A DNA stretch of 30,155 nucleotides, taken from positions 1 to 30,155 of the forward strand of contig JBBCKI010000061.1 in the NCBI GenBank assembly GCA_037190965.1, in the 5' to 3' direction. Source of the stretch: Chthoniobacteraceae bacterium. GTDB lineage: Bacteria; Verrucomicrobiota; Verrucomicrobiia; Chthoniobacterales; Chthoniobacteraceae. The position numbers and the translations under genes are program-made. The notes below the pieces were generated by a model. It saw only the letters and a program-made list of their open reading frames with translations, made no database searches and was not told where the DNA came from. Positions within the stretch are counted from its first letter, which is position 1. Each line of letters opens with the position of its first letter. Below are positions 7,811 to 17,381 of the stretch, in pieces.

Positions 7811-10039
7811 CTAAATCAATCCCTTTTTAAGGCGGATTGCCCAATCGCTACCCATCAGCAGGACGAGCAGAACCAGCAGGGTGGAGTTATCCCAGAGCGA
7901 GGCGGTGATGGTGCGGGTGACCGGCTTTTTATCCAGCTTCTCCGGATTGGGCCACGTGTTGCGATCCAGCCGGTCGATGATTCGGCCGCCTGTGCTGGCG
8001 GCGATGCGGCTCAGGTTATTCTGGTTGACGCTCGCGCCGGTTTCGTCGGGAGTATGAGCCACGTCGACTGCGGTTTGCGAGGTTGCCACCACTCCACCCT
8101 CTTTGATCCATTCCGCCATGAATAGATAACTTCCCGGCTGGGAGGCGTCGAGTTTGGCGGTAAAGCTGCGTTGTTTTTTGGGATCAGGGGTAAAGCTAAT
8201 CGGCAACTCCCGCTGGTCGGGAAGCTTCACGCTTCCGCGAAGCTGGGGGCGGCTCTCGGTGAGCGAGGGGGGGACATCAAGCTGGGCGCGCAGGATTATT
8301 TCCTCGCCAACTTCATACGCGGTCTTCTCGAGCTGAAGCCAAAGGTGATTTCCGCCTGCCGCAGGGCGGGCGGGTGCAAGGGCGCGCAGGGTTTGCTGCC
8401 AGAAGAGGGTGTAAGGCGTCACGCCGGGTTGCGCTTCGGTTCCGCTCATCTGCCACTTCCATAGGGTATCGGTGCCGATGAATAGTACCCGGCCTTTGCC
8501 TGCCGCGTGTTCCGCCGCGACGATCAGGGGACCGTAGTTGTTTTTCAATTGGGGGGCCTCCAATAGAATGGTGGCGGCAGGTTTCTTGTGCGACACGAGG
8601 TAGATCTGATCCATCGCCGGAAGATCGGCCCATGCTTTCGGCCCGGCATTGAAAAAGAACGACGATTGCGCGAGCGCGGGGGGGACCTGAACTTTGACGG
8701 GCCCCGCCTGTGGCTCGCCGCTCTTCGGTGTAAGCGCAACCGGCAACAGCGCTTCCATCTCGGGCACACTAGCCAGGGAGTTGAGATGCGGGCCTGCAAG
8801 GACGATCAGGGACTTGCCTTTGTTGACCACCAGATCGTAGATCGACTCCGTCAAGCCGGGAGCCCAGCCGCGAGGGTCCACATCGCCCAGCACGATGATA
8901 TCGAACAGGTTAAGATCGCCCCCACGCGGGAACGCGGCAAGCTGGTTCTGCCGGTCCGCATCGGCAAACGCCACGTAAGTCTGTCCGCCCCGGGAGAGGA
9001 ACCCCGTGAAGCTGAAGCTGGGATCGTCGCCCAAGATTCGCCGGAGGTATTTGAACTCCCAGCGCCAGGTATTCTCGATCATCAGGACTTCATGACGGTT
9101 GCCGACGACTTCCACCGTCATCTTGCGCGAAGGGGCAGTTCCGGGGAATCCTTCCAGCACGATCTCATATTCGCGGAAGCCGCTTTTCGCAGGGCGATAG
9201 ACGAGGCTCGCCTGTTGTTCATGTTCTTCCGAGGCAAACTGGACGTCCCGGGAGGCGACGACCTCCCCGTTTTGCTTCAGGCTCAACGTCAAGAGACGGT
9301 TGGCCAGCCCGTGATGCCGCAGCATCACCAGAAATCGGGATTCCGAGCCGAGCAAAACGCGGCGGGGGCTCTGGATGGAAACGATGCTGGCGTTTCCCGC
9401 GCCGTCGCGGGCGCTCTCCACCGTGTGCGGCGCGAGGGTGTCGATGGCGATGCCCAGGCTGCGGGCCAGTTCCACCACATCCTTCTGGCTCCGGTCGTTG
9501 CCATCGCTAGCCAGCACAACCCGGGCGGAACCGGCCTCTTCCCCGGCCGAGTAGCGATATTGCTCCCATGCGGAGGTGAGCGCCTCGGCATAGCGGCTCG
9601 TCTGGATCATTGGCTTTGTCGCCCCCAACTCTTCCCGTTTGATTTGGTAGGCATGTTGATCGAAGCGGAACCAGTAAACCTGATTTCCCTTCGCCAGCTT
9701 ATCGCCGAGCCCGCTTTTCTCCATCCAGGCAGCCGTCTCCTGGAAACGCGTCTTGCCGTCCGGCGCGTCTGCGGTCGCCATGCTTCGGGAAGCGTCTAAC
9801 AGTACGAGCAGGGCGGGGCCTTGGTCAGTCGTTCGTTTCCAAACGAAGGAGGGCCGCAAAAGACAGACCAGGAAGAGGAGGATGATGCCGATCCGCATCC
9901 CGGCAAGGAGATAGATCCAACGGGCCGGAACCTGCCGCTGCCTCAGGATCAGGAGACCCCAGCCCAGCAAGGCAAAAAGAGCCACCCCGACACTAGCGAT
10001 CAGGGCCGGTGAAAATAGAGGATTCCAATCAACCTTCAT
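7811..10039 (-). CDS. Membrane protein with vWA domain and glutamine-amidotransferase-like (GATase1-like) domain
   Basis: Two N-terminal TM helices ending CLLRP, MIDAS LLDASRSM..VLASDG, an Ig-like segment, WRWEFKYLRRIL..FDIIVLGDV..GKGRVLFIGTDTLWKW, LSRIAASTGG, and a C-terminal TM helix ending DWAIRLKKGLI. Confidence 0.8.
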   Translation of the reverse strand: MKVDWNPLFSPALIASVGVALFALLGWGLLILRQRQVPARWIYLLAGMRIGIILLFLVCLLRPSFVWKRTTDQGPALLVLLDASRSMATADAPDGKTRFQETAAWMEKSGLGDKLAKGNQVYWFRFDQHAYQIKREELGATKPMIQTSRYAEALTSAWEQYRYSAGEEAGSARVVLASDGNDRSQKDVVELARSLGIAIDTLAPHTVESARDGAGNASIVSIQSPRRVLLGSESRFLVMLRHHGLANRLLTLSLKQNGEVVASRDVQFASEEHEQQASLVYRPAKSGFREYEIVLEGFPGTAPSRKMTVEVVGNRHEVLMIENTWRWEFKYLRRILGDDPSFSFTGFLSRGGQTYVAFADADRQNQLAAFPRGGDLNLFDIIVLGDVDPRGWAPGLTESIYDLVVNKGKSLIVLAGPHLNSLASVPEMEALLPVALTPKSGEPQAGPVKVQVPPALAQSSFFFNAGPKAWADLPAMDQIYLVSHKKPAATILLEAPQLKNNYGPLIVAAEHAAGKGRVLFIGTDTLWKWQMSGTEAQPGVTPYTLFWQQTLRALAPARPAAGGNHLWLQLEKTAYEVGEEIILRAQLDVPPSLTESRPQLRGSVKLPDQRELPISFTPDPKKQRSFTAKLDASQPGSYLFMAEWIKEGGVVATSQTAVDVAHTPDETGASVNQNNLSRIAASTGGRIIDRLDRNTWPNPEKLDKKPVTRTITASLWDNSTLLVLLVLLMGSDWAIRLKKGLI

Positions 10040-12254
10040 TGTTAACTCCTTGCTTCTGCAGCAATCCTTTGGAGACCCGGCTTTCGGCCAGCATCGGGTT
10101 TATCTTCGGGCAAAGCCAGTGAACGAGAGCCATCTCCCCCATCAGGATCAGGCAGGCGAGCCCTGCGAACCAGGGCCAGAGGAGGATGTTGCGGTCGCTG
10201 ACGGCGGGCGGTTTGCCCCCTTCTTCCGACGAGCGGTTGGTCGTGACGGTTTCAAATTTGGCGGGCGCCCACCATTGCTCCAGCAGCTCAGGTTTCATCC
10301 TGGCCAGATTGCTATCGCTACGGCCTGTCTGAACGACGAAGGTGCGCGTTTCGGCGCTTCCTTCAATTTTGATTTCGTAAATCCCGGCTTTTTCCGGGGA
10401 GTCCAGTTGCATGACAAACTGCCCGCCCACTCGGCGCAGGGTAGGGTGCAAGCTCTCGCCGGAGGGCTCCGTCACGCTGATCTGGGGCGCTTTGTCAAAT
10501 GAACCGATGGGATAGACAACGGGCTCTCCCGCCATGAACATCCGCCGGGCAACGCCCCCGGAGAGATGGGCGACCAGCCTGTCGAGCAGTGGGATGAAAC
10601 TGGGGCGGCGCGGCAGGTCGCTCCAGGCGTCATTGGCCGTCATATTGAAGAGGACGACTTTGCCGTCGCCGAAATCGCTTTCCAGAATCGCGGGCACCGA
10701 GCTGCCGATGCGGGCCAGAACACGAACCGGCGTCTCCTGTGGCCATGCGCCGAGGCCGAAGTAGCCCGTCACCCGCGTTTGCGGAAAGTCGTTGTACGCG
10801 GGATCAAAGAGATTCGCCAGCAGGGGGTGATTCCAATCGATGGAGGTCAATCGTACCGTTTCTTCACGGACGCGCCGGTTCTCAATCGCCTGGTTGAGGG
10901 CGACCGGTGAAAGACTCGCGGCGGGGTTGGATGAGCGATGAAGTCTTTCATTGAAGAAGGAGACATTGACCGAAGGCCCCAGAAAGATGGCCAGGCCACA
11001 CCCGGCCCGAACGCGGCTCTCGATGGCGTTGAGGTGCGCATCCGAAATGCCGTCGGGCTCAACCATGATGAAAAGGTTCGCCTGCGCGATCTCCTCGTCG
11101 GTCAATTTTTGAGGAGAGGCGATACGGATTTCCAGCCCTCCTTTCTGGACCCGAGCGAGGGATTGCAGCGCCGAGCGGAGATGCAGCCCCGGTTGCAATG
11201 CTTTGACCTGGGTCACCTCGGACTCGATTACCAGGACATTGAGAAGCCCGCGCGGATTAAGATTAAGGAGGAGGGAATCGTCATCAGGCAAACTGTCGCC
11301 GGGGCGCATTTCGACGCGGGCAATCTTGCCGCGCAGATCGTATCCGGCAGGAAGCTCGATCTCCAGCGGGGTCAAAAGCCCCGGCCTGAGGAGGCCGCTC
11401 GTCGAAAGCTCGGGCAGACCGGCCAGCCCCGTGACGTAAACCGAGCGTTCGGCATCGCCATCCCCGGACCAGCCCGCCTCCACCCGGATCGCGCTGATGC
11501 GCCCCTCCGCATTTTCCACGGCGGCGGCATCGGCAAGCCAGGCATTCCGTATCGTTGCGGGAGCCACATCGATCACCCGGACCGTCAGGTTTTTGGCATT
11601 GTCGGAAAGGAAGCTGGAAATGGCGCTCTGCGACCAGTTGCTTTGCAGGCTGTTGGTAATGAAGATGATTTCCACGTTCGCCTTGTCGCGCCGGGTGCCG
11701 AGCATCGAACGGACAATCGGGAGCGCCGCGCCCAGGTCGCCCTCCTGGGGAAGAGCCTCCGCATTGCGAAGCGCCACCGCATACGCCTGGGGATCAGCCG
11801 TCAGCGGCCCGAGCGCCTTCGGAGTCCGGGACGCCAGCACCACCGTCGTTCGATCCCCCGGCCCCGAGGCGGCCAGCAACGCTTCGGCGATGGAGCGCCC
11901 CCGGTCGAAGGGAGTCTGCCGGGGGGCTTCCCCTTCCTTGCCGGGCTCGCGGTAAGTCATCGTTCTGCTTCGGTCGAGAATAATGAACCGCTCACGAGGT
12001 TCCCCGCTGCCCAGGTTCAATACCGGCCGCGCCAGAACCAGCACGAGCAGGCTGACCAGCGCCGCCCGGAAGAGAAACAGAAGGATCTGGTGCCACTGCA
12101 CGCGTCGGGTGAGCTTGTGCTGCGACTCGCGAAGCCACCGGATATTGGTGAACGCGGTCCGGCGCGTCTTGCGGGGCTTGAAAATATGGACGAGGACCGG
12201 TACCGCCAGAAGCAACATTCCCATTAACGCCCAGGGATTGAAAAAGCTGATCAT
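10029..12254 (-). CDS. BatA N-terminal domain + vWA domain membrane protein
   Basis: BatA-type N-terminus (FFNPWALMGMLLLAVPVLVHIF..FTNIRWL..LLFLFRAALVSLLVLVLARP), vWA IILDRSRTM, later GDGKVVLFNMTANDAWSDLP..FIPL, and a C-terminal TM helix LWPWFAGLACLILMGE. Confidence 0.85.
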   Translation of the reverse strand: MISFFNPWALMGMLLLAVPVLVHIFKPRKTRRTAFTNIRWLRESQHKLTRRVQWHQILLFLFRAALVSLLVLVLARPVLNLGSGEPRERFIILDRSRTMTYREPGKEGEAPRQTPFDRGRSIAEALLAASGPGDRTTVVLASRTPKALGPLTADPQAYAVALRNAEALPQEGDLGAALPIVRSMLGTRRDKANVEIIFITNSLQSNWSQSAISSFLSDNAKNLTVRVIDVAPATIRNAWLADAAAVENAEGRISAIRVEAGWSGDGDAERSVYVTGLAGLPELSTSGLLRPGLLTPLEIELPAGYDLRGKIARVEMRPGDSLPDDDSLLLNLNPRGLLNVLVIESEVTQVKALQPGLHLRSALQSLARVQKGGLEIRIASPQKLTDEEIAQANLFIMVEPDGISDAHLNAIESRVRAGCGLAIFLGPSVNVSFFNERLHRSSNPAASLSPVALNQAIENRRVREETVRLTSIDWNHPLLANLFDPAYNDFPQTRVTGYFGLGAWPQETPVRVLARIGSSVPAILESDFGDGKVVLFNMTANDAWSDLPRRPSFIPLLDRLVAHLSGGVARRMFMAGEPVVYPIGSFDKAPQISVTEPSGESLHPTLRRVGGQFVMQLDSPEKAGIYEIKIEGSAETRTFVVQTGRSDSNLARMKPELLEQWWAPAKFETVTTNRSSEEGGKPPAVSDRNILLWPWFAGLACLILMGEMALVHWLCPKINPMLAESRVSKGLLQKQGVNNEG

Positions 12255-12263
12255 AGGGAAAAA

Positions 12264-13250
12264 CTACCCGCGCATCTTCGCCCGGCGGTTCAGGTAAGCG
12301 GCGATGGCCGTGTCATAAGGATTGCGGGTGTCGATCAACTGGTAATCCACGCCGGATTCCATGAACGCCTTGCGGTAATAGGCGGTCGTCTCGCGAAGTT
12401 TTTCGAGGTAATGCTCGCGGAGCGCGGCAGGATCGATCTCGAGTTCCTCACCGGTCTCGACATCTTCAAGTACGGTGGCTCCCGCGAACGGAAACTCGAG
12501 CTCTGCGGCATCGAGGAGATGGAACACGATGACGTCGTGCTTGTGCCCTCGAATGAGGCGGATCGCCTTGGCGGTTTCCTCGGGAGAATCGATCAGGTCG
12601 CTGACGATGACGACCAGCCCGCGACGCTTGATGTTCCGCAGCACGCTCTTCACGCTGGTGCCGATATCGGTACGGCCTTCCGGCTTCTGCCGCATCATGA
12701 TCTGCATCATCTGCCGCAGGTGGCTCGAACGGCAGCGAGGCGGGACGAACATCCCCGGCTTGTCGCCAAAGAGCGAAAGCCCGACGGCATCCTGCTGTTT
12801 GAGCATCAGATAAGCCAGGCAGGAGGAGAGGAAACAGCCGTAGTCCCACTTGGTCACCCCGGTCGTCCCGTAGTCCATCGATTGGGAGCAATCCAGCAGC
12901 AGGTAGCATCGAAGGTTGGTTTCCTCCTCGAATCGCTTCACATAATAGCGATCGGTGCGGGCATAGACTTTCCAGTCGAGGTACTTCAGGTCATCGCCGG
13001 GAACGTATTCACGGTGATCCGCGAACTCGACCGAGAAGCCATGAAAGGGGCTCTTGTGCAATCCCGTCAGAAACCCTTCCACGACCACGCGTGCCAGCAA
13101 CGGAGACGCGCCCAGCCGCGAAAGCGCGGCGGGATCGAGGGCATTGCGGGGCGCGTTCGCCCGGCCTGCCGTGGCGGCTTCACGGCCAAGCGGGGAGGGC
13201 GAGAACCTTTCCAGGCTCTGTTTCAGACGCCGTTTGAGAAGGGCTAGCAT
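12264..13250 (-). CDS. DUF58 domain-containing protein (vWA-like MoxR partner)
   Basis: Motif GLHKSPFHGFSVEFADHREYVPGDDLKYLDWKVYARTDRYYVKRFEEETNL, then LLDCSQSM and VIVSDL. The start was placed at ATG 13250, just downstream of the MoxR stop. Confidence 0.92.
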   Translation of the reverse strand: MLALLKRRLKQSLERFSPSPLGREAATAGRANAPRNALDPAALSRLGASPLLARVVVEGFLTGLHKSPFHGFSVEFADHREYVPGDDLKYLDWKVYARTDRYYVKRFEEETNLRCYLLLDCSQSMDYGTTGVTKWDYGCFLSSCLAYLMLKQQDAVGLSLFGDKPGMFVPPRCRSSHLRQMMQIMMRQKPEGRTDIGTSVKSVLRNIKRRGLVVIVSDLIDSPEETAKAIRLIRGHKHDVIVFHLLDAAELEFPFAGATVLEDVETGEELEIDPAALREHYLEKLRETTAYYRKAFMESGVDYQLIDTRNPYDTAIAAYLNRRAKMRG

Positions 13251-13261
13251 GGCGGGGGAGA

Positions 13262-14263
13262 TCAGGAATGAGTGCGCTCGGGAATCTCCTTGAGGAGCTG
13301 GTGGACAATCGTGTCGGTCTTCATCCCCTCCGCCTCGGCGGTAAAGCTCGCCGCGATACGGTGGCGCAGCACAGGTAACGCTACATGGCGGACATCGTTG
13401 CACGAGACGTTCACCCGCCCATTGAGCGCGGCATAAGTCTTGGCGCAGAGGATCAATGCCTGGCTGGCGCGCGGGCCCGCGCCCCAACTGACGTTTTCGC
13501 GGATGAACGCACTCGCGCCGCTCTCTTCCGGGCGCGTGCCGCGCACGAGATCGACCGCGTAACCGGTAACGTGCCGGGATACCGGAATCCGCCGGATCAG
13601 GTGCTGATAGAAAAGGAGCCCGGCGGCATCGAGAATCGGATCCACCACCTGGGTTTCGTCGGAGGTGGTCCGGAAGACAACCTCCTCTTCGTCTTCCACC
13701 GTGGGGTAGCCGATTTGCGAGTTCATCAGGAACCGGTCCTTCTGGGCCTCCGGCAGCGGATAAGTTCCCTCCTGGTCGATCGGGTTCTGCGTGGCGAGAA
13801 CGAAGAAGGGAGCCTCCAGAGGATAGGTCACGCCGCCGCTGGAAACCTCCCGCTCCTGCATCGCCTGAAGCAGCGCGGCCTGCGTTTTGGGCGGGGTACG
13901 GTTGATTTCGTCGGCAAGGATGACGTTGGTGAAGATCGGTCCCGCGACAAAACGTGTCTCGCGTCGGCCCGTCTGGTGATCCTCCTCGATCACATTGGTG
14001 CCGATGATGTCGGAAGGCATGATATCGGGCGTAAACTGGATCCGCTTGAACTGAAGCGAGAGCGTTTGGGAAAGGGTGCTGATCAATAGTGTTTTGGCCA
14101 GGCCGGGAACCCCCTCCAGCAGGTTATGGCCCCCGGCGAAAATGGTCGTCAAGAGCTGCTCGACAACCGCACGCTGGCCGACGATCACCTTGGCGATCTC
14201 TTTCAACATCCGTTCATTCAGGCGGCTCAGGTTCTGGATATCCTCTTCAATAGGATCGCTCAT
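13262..14263 (-). CDS. moxR: MoxR-family AAA+ ATPase
   Basis: Walker A LLEGVPGLAKT, RIQFTPDIMPSDI, Walker B LADEINRTPPKTQAALL, ATQNPIDQEGTYPLPEAQKDRF, WGAGPRA and VLRHR. Start at ATG 14263 (MSDPIEED). Confidence 0.96.
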   Translation of the reverse strand: MSDPIEEDIQNLSRLNERMLKEIAKVIVGQRAVVEQLLTTIFAGGHNLLEGVPGLAKTLLISTLSQTLSLQFKRIQFTPDIMPSDIIGTNVIEEDHQTGRRETRFVAGPIFTNVILADEINRTPPKTQAALLQAMQEREVSSGGVTYPLEAPFFVLATQNPIDQEGTYPLPEAQKDRFLMNSQIGYPTVEDEEEVVFRTTSDETQVVDPILDAAGLLFYQHLIRRIPVSRHVTGYAVDLVRGTRPEESGASAFIRENVSWGAGPRASQALILCAKTYAALNGRVNVSCNDVRHVALPVLRHRIAASFTAEAEGMKTDTIVHQLLKEIPERTHS

Positions 14264-14280
14264 AAGATAATGGTGGTTGG

Positions 14281-15819
14281 TTAGTGGCTCAGGCAGTAGG
14301 TGATGAGATTGAGGGTGACACGGAGGGCATCGCGGCTCTCGAGTCCTTTGGCATAGGCGTTCGACTCGCGGTTGAGCCCGCTCATGAGATCGTAGGGAGT
14401 GTAGAGCACCGCAAGGCGCTGGTTGATGAATAGCCCGAAAAACTGCGGAGTTTTCAAATCGGGTTCGTCCCTCAGGACCGGCGAGGTGTACTCCACTTCC
14501 TGTACGGGGTTCCACCCGGCCATGAAGAGTGCATGGGAGGGAGGGATCGGGACGAGCTCATGGTTTGGAAAGGCTCTCTTGAGCTCCCGCCGGAAGGCGA
14601 TGTCGAACGGCTTGAGCCCTGCGGCGGCACTGGCAATGATCGTTCCACCCCGGTTGATGTATTCCGCCAGCCCTTTCTGTTCCTCGGGGCTCAATTCGAA
14701 ATCATAATGCCCCGTCATGAAGACCAATGGATAGTCTTTGAGTTCCGCGTCATTCAACGCGACGGTGTGCGGGGAATAATCGACGCCGATCCCCGTGTTG
14801 TCCCGCAGGCCCGTTGCGATGCTGTTTTGCAGACCGGGATTCAACGACCAACTCCCCTTGTAACGGACTTGGGCGAACCGGAAAACATCCCCCTTGTTGC
14901 TCTCGCCCTCATACTCGGGAAACTCCTGGGCCAAGAAGCGCCCATATTCCGTGCTGCCAAGGACATACGCCACCAGATTCACCCCGAGGCGTACCGCCCC
15001 TTCGCCCACGATATGCCTGCCGGAGGGGTTGTATTCCTGGCCGCTCCAGGCGGTGCCGAGGCCGTAAGGCACCAGCATGATGGCGGCACGCGTTCCGATA
15101 TCGATGGAATAGACCGGCGGCGACTGGACAGACTGGACGCCGTTGATGAGCGTGTTGACCTCCGAGATCCGTGCGTGCGAATTGAACGCCGGGTGGTCCG
15201 CCGGCAGCTTTACAAAGCCCCGGTCGGGGAAGACTTTCCGCATCTCGCGGATCACGGCCCTGACAAACTCCTCGCGCCCCCGGGCGGCATTGAAGATGAA
15301 AGTGCCGCCCTTGAGCACGAACTCGCGGATGTTCTTCACCTCCGAATCGCGCAGGACGAAGTCATAGTCGCCCGTCATATAAAGAATTGGAATGTCGAGC
15401 GGGTCGAAGCCTTGAGAGGAGAGGGGAGCGGTGGCGTACTGATAGTTGTTGCCATCCGCCAGCCGGGTATTGGTCGATTGAACGAGGCTCGACGCGTCGT
15501 TCTTGAAACTCTCCCATTGGGGGAAGACCTGCACCGTCCCGTCGGGGTGCACATACTTGAGATCCTCCCCATACTGCACCTTGTAGATGATGGTGAGATT
15601 AGTCGGCGGCGGGGGCTCCCGCTGCTGCGTCTTGCGCATGGCCACGCCTTCGTCGATCCCGATGCTGGTTTCCTCGCCGCCGGTCTGCGTGCGCGGAGGC
15701 GCCTTGTGCGCGGGCGGCGGCTTTCCGATTGCCGGGGGAAAGTCGACGGTTCGCTGAGCGAAGCCCCTCGCAAGGGGTAGCGAGAGCGCCGCTAGAAGGA
15801 TCATCCAAGAGCGCCTCAT
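14281..15819 (-). CDS. Secreted protein with two tandem DUF4159-like domains
   Basis: Signal peptide MRRSWMILLAALSLPLARGFA. Two internal repeats: PILYMTGDYDF..IREFVLKGGTF..REMRKVFP..LPADHPAF and PLVFMTGHYDF..LAEYINRGGTI..RELKRAFP..IPPSHALF. Confidence 0.8.
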   Translation of the reverse strand: MRRSWMILLAALSLPLARGFAQRTVDFPPAIGKPPPAHKAPPRTQTGGEETSIGIDEGVAMRKTQQREPPPPTNLTIIYKVQYGEDLKYVHPDGTVQVFPQWESFKNDASSLVQSTNTRLADGNNYQYATAPLSSQGFDPLDIPILYMTGDYDFVLRDSEVKNIREFVLKGGTFIFNAARGREEFVRAVIREMRKVFPDRGFVKLPADHPAFNSHARISEVNTLINGVQSVQSPPVYSIDIGTRAAIMLVPYGLGTAWSGQEYNPSGRHIVGEGAVRLGVNLVAYVLGSTEYGRFLAQEFPEYEGESNKGDVFRFAQVRYKGSWSLNPGLQNSIATGLRDNTGIGVDYSPHTVALNDAELKDYPLVFMTGHYDFELSPEEQKGLAEYINRGGTIIASAAAGLKPFDIAFRRELKRAFPNHELVPIPPSHALFMAGWNPVQEVEYTSPVLRDEPDLKTPQFFGLFINQRLAVLYTPYDLMSGLNRESNAYAKGLESRDALRVTLNLITYCLSH

Positions 15820-17381
15820 AGTGAAATCTCCAAAGTGGCAGCCTGGGAATCGAGATCAGGTCTGTGCCATTTGTCATCGGGCTTTGCCTTGAGGCTCTTG
15901 TATTTTTTGGGTGCGCCTTCCCCGCCGGGAGGCGGTACGATCACCGTCAGTCGATATTCCGGAGTGGGCTCCAGCCCGCCATCCCATTTCATGGCCCAGC
16001 TTTTGACGATGATCGCGCTCATGCTGCGCGGCAGCGGCGTCAAGCCTCCCGGCAGAATGGGCGCGGGGGAATTGCGGATATTGAGATCGGCCATGTTTGC
16101 CGCTTGCGGGGCCGCCGCGTTCTCCGTCTCGACAAGAACAACCGCCCCCGGCGGCGTGTTACCGGTTACTTTGGCAACGAGGTACTGCATCGAGACGACA
16201 GGGGGAGGCGTCGCGGGGGTGGCGTTACCCTTGGTGACCTTGACCGCCTTTGGGTCGATGTTGCTATTGAGCACCGTTACCGAGCCTTGCCCGACATCGA
16301 GCGCGAGGCTCTCCTTCCCGCCTTCGGGCAATCGCAGCGTCATGTTGCTGACCTGAATCTTGCTGCTCTGGCAGCGGATGGCGGTTTTGGAATCTTCAAT
16401 GCTCCCATCCTGGATCGAACCGCCGATCCCCTGAAAAAGGATCCCGGTTTGAGCCTGGCGAATCGCGCCCCCACGGACCGTGACATTCGAACCCGTGGCA
16501 AAGATGCCGGTGCGGACCTTCTCGATCGTGTTCTCGTCAAGCGTCACCTCCGATGCGTTGGCGCGAATGCCGGTCTGATAATCGGCAATCTTGTTGCCCT
16601 TGATCACCGCCATGGGCGTCCTCAGAAGTAATACTCCGTGTTCAATACCGGCCTCGCCGGTCAATTGATTTCTGGCGAAATGCGGCGTATCGCAATCGGT
16701 GAAGGTGACGGCGGCGTTTTCAAAGCGGCTGTCGAGGACGTTGAGGCGTTCGTTGGGGCGAATGCCGGTGTTGTTGATGCTGTTGAAGTGAGCGGAAACA
16801 TTCTCGAAAAGGGCGTGCTTGATGTCGATTCCGCAGCCGCTGTCAGCGGCAAAGCTTCCCGCCGTCGTTTTCTCCCCGGCGGAGGTGCGGCGGATGGCGG
16901 CATTCTTGCGCCCCTCGGGAAGGGCCGGATGCCCCGAAATGACTAGCGATCCTCCTCGGTGAAGCGCGAATTTTCCCTCTTCGCCGCCGACGAGCTGGAT
17001 CTCAAGGTGATCCTCCGGCGAGAGGGTGCCGTCCATGCGAACGGCCCCGTAGGATTCCAGCAGACCCGCCACGCGGAAGACCCGTTTGCCCGCGCCTTCC
17101 TCAAACTCGAAGCGCGATTCCGGGTCGAGCTGCAGCGCGGCGCAACTGATGACGGCGCTGTCGTCGCGGTCGAAAAGAACCTTGTCCCCACCCGCGATCA
17201 CCACGGTGTCTTCCGGACCGGGCACCCGGTTTTCCTCCCAGGTCGCCGTTTGGCTCCACTTGCCGCCTCCGCTGCTGTTGCTGCGGACCTCCGCGCCGTC
17301 GAGGGCGGCGGAGAAGGCAAGAAAGCTGACGAAAAGCAGGGTGGCTTTTCCCCGGATGCCGGACATCGATAGGCTATTCAT
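15816..17381 (-). CDS. Secreted G8-like domain + right-handed parallel beta-helix protein
   Basis: Signal peptide, a G8-like start (SSGGGKWSQTATWEENRVPGPEDTVVI), and ~21-aa beta-helix repeats (IKGNKIADYQTGI, LDENTIEKVRTGI, VRGGAIRQAQTGI). Confidence 0.7.
   Translation of the reverse strand: MNSLSMSGIRGKATLLFVSFLAFSAALDGAEVRSNSSGGGKWSQTATWEENRVPGPEDTVVIAGGDKVLFDRDDSAVISCAALQLDPESRFEFEEGAGKRVFRVAGLLESYGAVRMDGTLSPEDHLEIQLVGGEEGKFALHRGGSLVISGHPALPEGRKNAAIRRTSAGEKTTAGSFAADSGCGIDIKHALFENVSAHFNSINNTGIRPNERLNVLDSRFENAAVTFTDCDTPHFARNQLTGEAGIEHGVLLLRTPMAVIKGNKIADYQTGIRANASEVTLDENTIEKVRTGIFATGSNVTVRGGAIRQAQTGILFQGIGGSIQDGSIEDSKTAIRCQSSKIQVSNMTLRLPEGGKESLALDVGQGSVTVLNSNIDPKAVKVTKGNATPATPPPVVSMQYLVAKVTGNTPPGAVVLVETENAAAPQAANMADLNIRNSPAPILPGGLTPLPRSMSAIIVKSWAMKWDGGLEPTPEYRLTVIVPPPGGEGAPKKYKSLKAKPDDKWHRPDLDSQAATLEISL

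Noticed and set aside
13251..14515. Extended starts for DUF58 (13487) and MoxR (14515)
   Set aside because: The extensions overlap upstream genes and look non-protein-like; ATG 13250 and ATG 14263 fit the operon spacing.
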